In this document: positions 28,001 through 32,000 of the stretch, piece by piece | How the letters are laid out: every line of letters starts with the position of its first letter | How positions within the stretch are numbered: position 1 is the stretch's first letter | Source of the DNA: Phycisphaera mikurensis NBRC 102666 | Lineage (GTDB): Bacteria > Planctomycetota > Phycisphaerae > Phycisphaerales > Phycisphaeraceae | NCBI RefSeq assembly: GCF_000284115.1 | Contig: NC_017080.1 | Coordinates: 840,001 to 872,000, forward strand | Length of the DNA stretch: 32,000 nt | Direction: 5' to 3' | Made by a program: the position numbers and the translations under genes | Notes under the pieces: model-generated | What the model was told of the DNA's origin: nothing | Databases searched by the model: none | The model's input: only the letters and a program-made list of their open reading frames with translations

Positions 28001-31000
28001 CCCTGGACGCCAGCGCCGGCTCGTCCACGCTGCTCTCGTACACCAACACCGAAGGCAACACGAACTTCACCGACGGGACGCGTGGGGACGACGTCCGCGT
28101 TGCGTTCGATGCGCCCACCATCGCGTCGGCGACGGTGGGCACCGGCTTCACGTCGAGCTTCGTGGACAGCCTGCACGAAGCGGTGATCGGCGAGACGGTG
28201 CGCGTCCGCGTGGTCGTGGAGGTCCCCGAGGGCGTCAGCCGGGATGTGGTGGTCAGCACGGACCTCGGCGACTCCTACGCCTTCACCGGGATCACCGAGG
28301 TCCAGACTTACGGGGCGTTGACGCGGGCCAGCGACGGGGGGACGTACGACCTCCCGCTGGTGCAGTCCGCCGTCACCGTCGCCGATCAGGGGCGCTCGTT
28401 CTCGGTGGACCTGGGGGACATCGCCAACGCCAGCAACGACAACGACGCCGTGCACGCGGTGGTGTTCTTCTACGAAGCGATCGTCCTCGACGTCCCTGCG
28501 AACGTCCGCAACGCACAGCCTCCGATGCTGACGGATCTCGCCTACGACGCCGACGGCGAGCGGCAGGCAGTGGCTCCGGCGCCCGGCGACGACCCCGACC
28601 GCGTGCGCATCCTCGAGCCGCGGCTGGACCTGACCGTGACCGCGGACGCCGATCCGGGCCCGGGCGTGTCGCGCGAGGTGGAGGCGGGTGAAGAAGTCCG
28701 CTACACCATCCGGCTCGAGAACAACGGGCCGTCGCACGCGCTGCAAACCACGGCCTACGACGCCGAGCTCGGCGTGACCTTCGAGGCGGGGCTCGGCGAC
28801 GTGACGGTGCTCGGCGTGACCGACTCCCGCGGGATCTTCACCGCCGCGGACTTCGAGTTCGTCGGCGACCACCTCCGGCTCAAGGACCGCGACCCGGGTT
28901 CCGGGGTCGATCGCACCTTCGATCTCGCGCCCGGCGAGTCGATCGAGCTGGACGTGGCGGCCACCGTCGCCGAGGGCGTCTCGCCCGGGCAGTCCCTGCT
29001 GGCCGACGGGTCGCTGCGCTACACCTCCACGCCCGGCGAGCCCAACGACCCCTCCGCCGAGAACGCGGACGACCAGGAGCGGCTGTACTTCGCGCTCGAC
29101 GCGCCCGCGCAGGACAGCGTGGTCGTCCGGGACGTCGTCCCGGTCAAGACGATCCTGACCTCCAGCGAGGCGCACACGGCGGAAGCGGGCGACGCGGCGA
29201 CGCTGGCGGTGGGTGAGATCGTGCGGATCGAGATCGCCGCGGAGCTGCCGCGGTCCACCCTCGCCAACCTGCGCCTCGCCGACCTGCTGCCCGAGGGCAT
29301 GGCCCTCCGCGGCGACGGCGACGTGCGGGTGAGCTTCGTGTCCGACGCGACGATCACCGCCAACGAGCTGCCCGCCGGCGCCGACAACGACGCCGACCCG
29401 GCCACCGAGCCGCTGCCCGCCGGCCGCGTCTCCTCCTCCACCGATCCGGGCACGGGCGTGACGACGCTGATCTTCGATCTCGGCGACGTGGTGGTCGGGA
29501 GCGACGGCACCGACGGCAACCCCGAGCGGGTGCTGCTGTCCTACGCCGCCGTCGTCACCAACAAGGCCTCCGCCGAGGCCGGCGGCGGCGGCGCCTTCGC
29601 GGCGGAGGTGCTCATCGGCCCGGAGACCGCCGGTGAAGGCACCGCGTCCAACACCGTGACGCTCGCCTACGTCGAGCCGGCGGTCACGGACCTGGCGACC
29701 TCGGTGGCCGCGGCCAGCGGGGCCGACGCCGGCGACTCCGTCCTGTTCACCTCCCGCTTCTCCAACAGCGGCAAGGCCGACGCGTTCGAGGTGACGCTCC
29801 GCGACGACATCGGCGACCCGGCGGACCTGACGCTGGACCCCGCGAGCGTCTCGGTGACGGTGGGCGGCACGCCGGTCGCCTTCACCAACGCCTCCACCGG
29901 CAACCAGCTGCTCATCGTGCTCGACGACCCGCTGGCCGCCGAGTCGGCGGAGGTTGTGGTGAGCTACAGCGCGACGCTCTCGGGGAACCTGGACGCGGGC
30001 ACCGCGATCCAGAACGCCGCCGAGGTGAGCTTCACCAGCCTGCCCGGCGACGGCACCGACGCCGGCACCGGGGGCAACGGCACCGGATTGGCGGCGGGCA
30101 CGCCGGGCGGGACCCAGGGCGAGCGGACCGGCGCCGGCGGCGTGAACGACCACGTCGACACGGACGCGGATCTCGGCACCACGGCCTCCCCCACCATCGA
30201 CCTGCTGGCGCCCGCCACCGCCGCGGCCTCCGTCGGCGACGAGGTGACCTGGGAGGCCCGGGTCACGCTGCCCGAGGGGCGGACCCGGAGCTTCAGCGCG
30301 AGCTTCGACGTTCCCGACGGCCTGGCCGTGACCGGCTGGCGCATCGTGCCCGGCGGCTTCGCCGGCACGCTGCCCACCCCCACCCAGACCTCCGGCGGAG
30401 CCAGCGGGGAGGACCTGACGCTCTCCTTCGGCGACCTCACCAACCCCGCCGACGGCGGCGGCGGCAACGACGGCTTCCGCATCGAGTTCGACACCGTCGT
30501 GGTCGACGAGGCCGCCAACGCCGACGGCGCCCGCCGCACGCTGCTCGCCAATCTGGACTTTGTCGACGGGCAGGACGACGCCAGGGACGACCGGGACGCC
30601 ACGGCGGAGAGCGTGACGGTGGTCGAACCGGATCTCTCGGTCGCCACCGCCGCGTCGGGCGGGGCCACCGCGAGCGACCCGGTCACCTTCGTGACCACGG
30701 TCGTGCACACGCCCGGCAGCTCCGCCACGGCCTACGACCTCTCCTTCGCCGACGCCGCCCCGGCCGGCTTCGTGGTCACCGGGATCGCCGGGGTGGCGGC
30801 CGCTCCGGGCACCACGCTCCCCGCCGGGCTCAACGCGGCCTCGTTCGAGGTCGCTCCCGATGGGCGGTCCGTCCGCCTGGTCGCCGGCGTCGCCGAGGCG
30901 CTGGACCTGCCGCTGGGCACCGGCTTCGAGCTCACCTGGACCGCGTCCGCGACGGCCGAGGCCCTCGCCGGCGCTGCCTATGCGAACGACGCGCAGCTCG

Positions 31001-32000
31001 CCTGGACGAGCACCGACGGCGAGCCGGGGGCCGGCGAGCCGGGCGAGCGCGACGGCAGCGACGGCGTCGGGTCGGCCCCCGCCTACCAGCAGGACGCCAG
31101 CGGCCTGGTGGTGGTGGAGGCGGAGCGGTACCACGGCAGCAGCGACGGCAGGGATTCGATGTGGTCCGTCATCGACGCGGGCGGCGGCGCCACCGCCGTG
31201 CGCGCCGATCCCAACGCGGGGCTCAACACCGACACCGACCTCGCCTCGCTGTCGCCCCGGCTGGATTACCGCGTGGAGTTCGACCGCAGCGGCACGCACT
31301 ACGTGTGGGTCCGGATGCGGGCCGATCCCGACTTCCCCGGCGGCAACGACAGCCTCCACATCGGCCTCGACGGGGCGAGGATCGCGTCCTCGGACCGGAT
31401 CTCCGCGAGCAACCAGACCGAGTTCATCTGGACTCGGAACACGATGGACAGCGCGGAGACCCGGGCCCACATCGACGGCATCACCGCCGGTGAGCACACG
31501 CTGAACCTGTGGATGCGCGAGGACGGCGTGGAGGTGGACCGGATCCTGCTCACCGACGACGGGTCCTTCACGCCGGGCTCGGGCGTGGGACCCCCGGCGA
31601 GCGCCGGCGGCCCCGACGGCACGACCGACCGCTACGCGGCGGAGGCTTCGGCCGAGCGGACGCTTCCGGCGGACCTCAGCCTCACCAAGCGCTTCCACGG
31701 CGACCCCGCCGCCGGCGGCACCATCGACTCGGCCGCGATCGGCGACACGGTCACCGTCGAGCTGGTGCTGGACCTCTCCGAGGGCACCACCTCCGGCGTG
31801 TCCATCGCCGAGCGGATCCCCGCGGGCCTCCGCCTCGTGGACGGCAGCCTGCGGCTGCTCTTCGACGCCGGCGTCTCCGCGCCCGACGCGGCCGACGCGT
31901 TCAGCGTCGCGGCCAACGGCGTGGACCACACGCTGTCGCTGGGGGACGTCGTCGTCGAGCCCGACGGCGGCTCGGGCAACGACCGCGTCACCATCCGCTA
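25096..32000 (+). CDS. Giant LEPR-motif surface/secreted protein with DUF11-like repeats (partial, runs off the window)
   Basis: ATG at 25096: MPEPRPSAKPARRGPRYSTLEPRLLMDANPVAAG... The frame reads open to 32000 (at least 2301 codons), with repeated Ig-like/DUF11-like segments such as VGGGSAVPGAVLEYTIDFQI, VEAGEEVRYTIRLENNGPSHAL and DAGDSVLFTSRFSNSGKADAFEVTLRDDIG. Missing from the ORF track because it lacks a stop in the window. Confidence 0.9.
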   Translation, partial: MPEPRPSAKPARRGPRYSTLEPRLLMDANPVAAGAPPEEVQLGEDFSFELSFQNDELAGGETGFGPFIDLIFPTAGEDGAGANGNAADPADDDGITFNSASYLGSAVDAETFVFEDTNGDGTGTILHPHAVDASGDPLEVTGNAGDTLVVLTLPFGSYTPEQPAANVQINATLSGDADLGTPLQIQTRAGFGFGADAADNPATDPSIVGENGTGAFTAYGVTPTLLSLDKVYNGPEGETATGPNFERSYTVTASIASGQTLSGFSIEDDLPDGVVLTGDFSGSSLDADGNGPTVTVDTSSGRPVVTASWAGVVSGDVAFVYAFVAPELTNGTPLIDPDTGASVRVSDPDADFRPGNVDATAEGLWTPDDARDRTGSPVSATASVEAAEPFDAKSLAVQKSVGVVGGGSAVPGAVLEYTIDFQISDFFSFDDLQLESVISDGQRLKADAAPTFSFTDRDGTATGGFTAGGGTYFTVDTSDIDGVNDGSGDTVLTFDVSGAMDAVGAAADHDRVLRGGESGATGAAAATGRVVFRTVVQDAFTDDFSSGDPSVDQNDGLTATVTATGRVLAEADLSPTGHTASDGSGAGVTIASAGFTKTLYAINGNPVGAGDQLISPGDEVTYRLTYTSPATDFEGLVFTDFLPKPVFDAGSLTGPGNGFTNVLNGDGVPDAGQAAYGPADEYFAFAQSDNASGDAIRDLPILTEEGGNAFNLAFGTADDPGNTQRVIDVLFTVEVGTEPFADGLKLTNLAQASESNTQGGSTSAPAIIQIRLGEPDVRLITGVVAVGAGEPGTFSGGAGGLGGASFAAAGTASDDDAGTTADAAFTGAVTSASLEADPIDNDLSGVDAGDVVRFATVIENTGSSPKGAYDVAFAAVAPRGFDPATIQNLQVTRGDGTELTLGTDYVLRGSGLLDLGIELVDTGGTTRGALAAGDATDGSNLVVVTYDLTASGPATGEADNGPAEAGSGALDASAGSSTLLSYTNTEGNTNFTDGTRGDDVRVAFDAPTIASATVGTGFTSSFVDSLHEAVIGETVRVRVVVEVPEGVSRDVVVSTDLGDSYAFTGITEVQTYGALTRASDGGTYDLPLVQSAVTVADQGRSFSVDLGDIANASNDNDAVHAVVFFYEAIVLDVPANVRNAQPPMLTDLAYDADGERQAVAPAPGDDPDRVRILEPRLDLTVTADADPGPGVSREVEAGEEVRYTIRLENNGPSHALQTTAYDAELGVTFEAGLGDVTVLGVTDSRGIFTAADFEFVGDHLRLKDRDPGSGVDRTFDLAPGESIELDVAATVAEGVSPGQSLLADGSLRYTSTPGEPNDPSAENADDQERLYFALDAPAQDSVVVRDVVPVKTILTSSEAHTAEAGDAATLAVGEIVRIEIAAELPRSTLANLRLADLLPEGMALRGDGDVRVSFVSDATITANELPAGADNDADPATEPLPAGRVSSSTDPGTGVTTLIFDLGDVVVGSDGTDGNPERVLLSYAAVVTNKASAEAGGGGAFAAEVLIGPETAGEGTASNTVTLAYVEPAVTDLATSVAAASGADAGDSVLFTSRFSNSGKADAFEVTLRDDIGDPADLTLDPASVSVTVGGTPVAFTNASTGNQLLIVLDDPLAAESAEVVVSYSATLSGNLDAGTAIQNAAEVSFTSLPGDGTDAGTGGNGTGLAAGTPGGTQGERTGAGGVNDHVDTDADLGTTASPTIDLLAPATAAASVGDEVTWEARVTLPEGRTRSFSASFDVPDGLAVTGWRIVPGGFAGTLPTPTQTSGGASGEDLTLSFGDLTNPADGGGGNDGFRIEFDTVVVDEAANADGARRTLLANLDFVDGQDDARDDRDATAESVTVVEPDLSVATAASGGATASDPVTFVTTVVHTPGSSATAYDLSFADAAPAGFVVTGIAGVAAAPGTTLPAGLNAASFEVAPDGRSVRLVAGVAEALDLPLGTGFELTWTASATAEALAGAAYANDAQLAWTSTDGEPGAGEPGERDGSDGVGSAPAYQQDASGLVVVEAERYHGSSDGRDSMWSVIDAGGGATAVRADPNAGLNTDTDLASLSPRLDYRVEFDRSGTHYVWVRMRADPDFPGGNDSLHIGLDGARIASSDRISASNQTEFIWTRNTMDSAETRAHIDGITAGEHTLNLWMREDGVEVDRILLTDDGSFTPGSGVGPPASAGGPDGTTDRYAAEASAERTLPADLSLTKRFHGDPAAGGTIDSAAIGDTVTVELVLDLSEGTTSGVSIAERIPAGLRLVDGSLRLLFDAGVSAPDAADAFSVAANGVDHTLSLGDVVVEPDGGSGNDRVTIR

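Noticed and set aside
24976-31929. 2317-aa minus-strand ORF opposite the giant LEPR gene
   Set aside because: Composition is low-complexity Arg/Gly/Val/Ala with no recognisable domain; it is the antisense shadow of a coherent plus-strand protein in very GC-rich DNA.
1-32000. CRISPR array, transposase, phage, toxin-antitoxin or defence genes
   Set aside because: No regularly spaced direct repeats and no recognisable proteins of these types; the 46-bp palindromes are kilobases apart.

Overview
High-GC bacterial chromosome segment with a Planctomycetota character (LEPR-type N-terminus, TPR and TolC-like surface genes); a Phycisphaera-like source is inference only. From left to right it contains: the 5' part of a tRNA-Ser(CGA) on the minus strand; a minus-strand alternative complex III operon (ActA-ActF, 10769 to 1038) followed by a small one-TM protein and a PEGA-domain lipoprotein; a 4-TM protein; a PanB-like enzyme; a GH130-like glycoside phosphorylase; a diacylglycerol-kinase-like protein; an ACT-domain protein; a PadR regulator coupled to a HAAS-like membrane protein; PurL with a PurS-like N-terminus; a small membrane protein; a TPR lipoprotein; a TolC-family lipoprotein; and the first 2301 codons or more of a giant LEPR/DUF11-like surface protein running off the right edge. 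The ORF track misses that last gene because it has no stop in the window. The most unusual signal is a dispersed 46-bp inverted repeat with fixed geometry, CCGCGGACCG-N26-CGGTCCGCGG. There are five perfect copies and two with one mismatch in the right arm, found both between genes and inside coding sequences. Every exact copy of either arm that I found sits in such a pair. I found no CRISPR array, transposase, phage or recognisable defence module.
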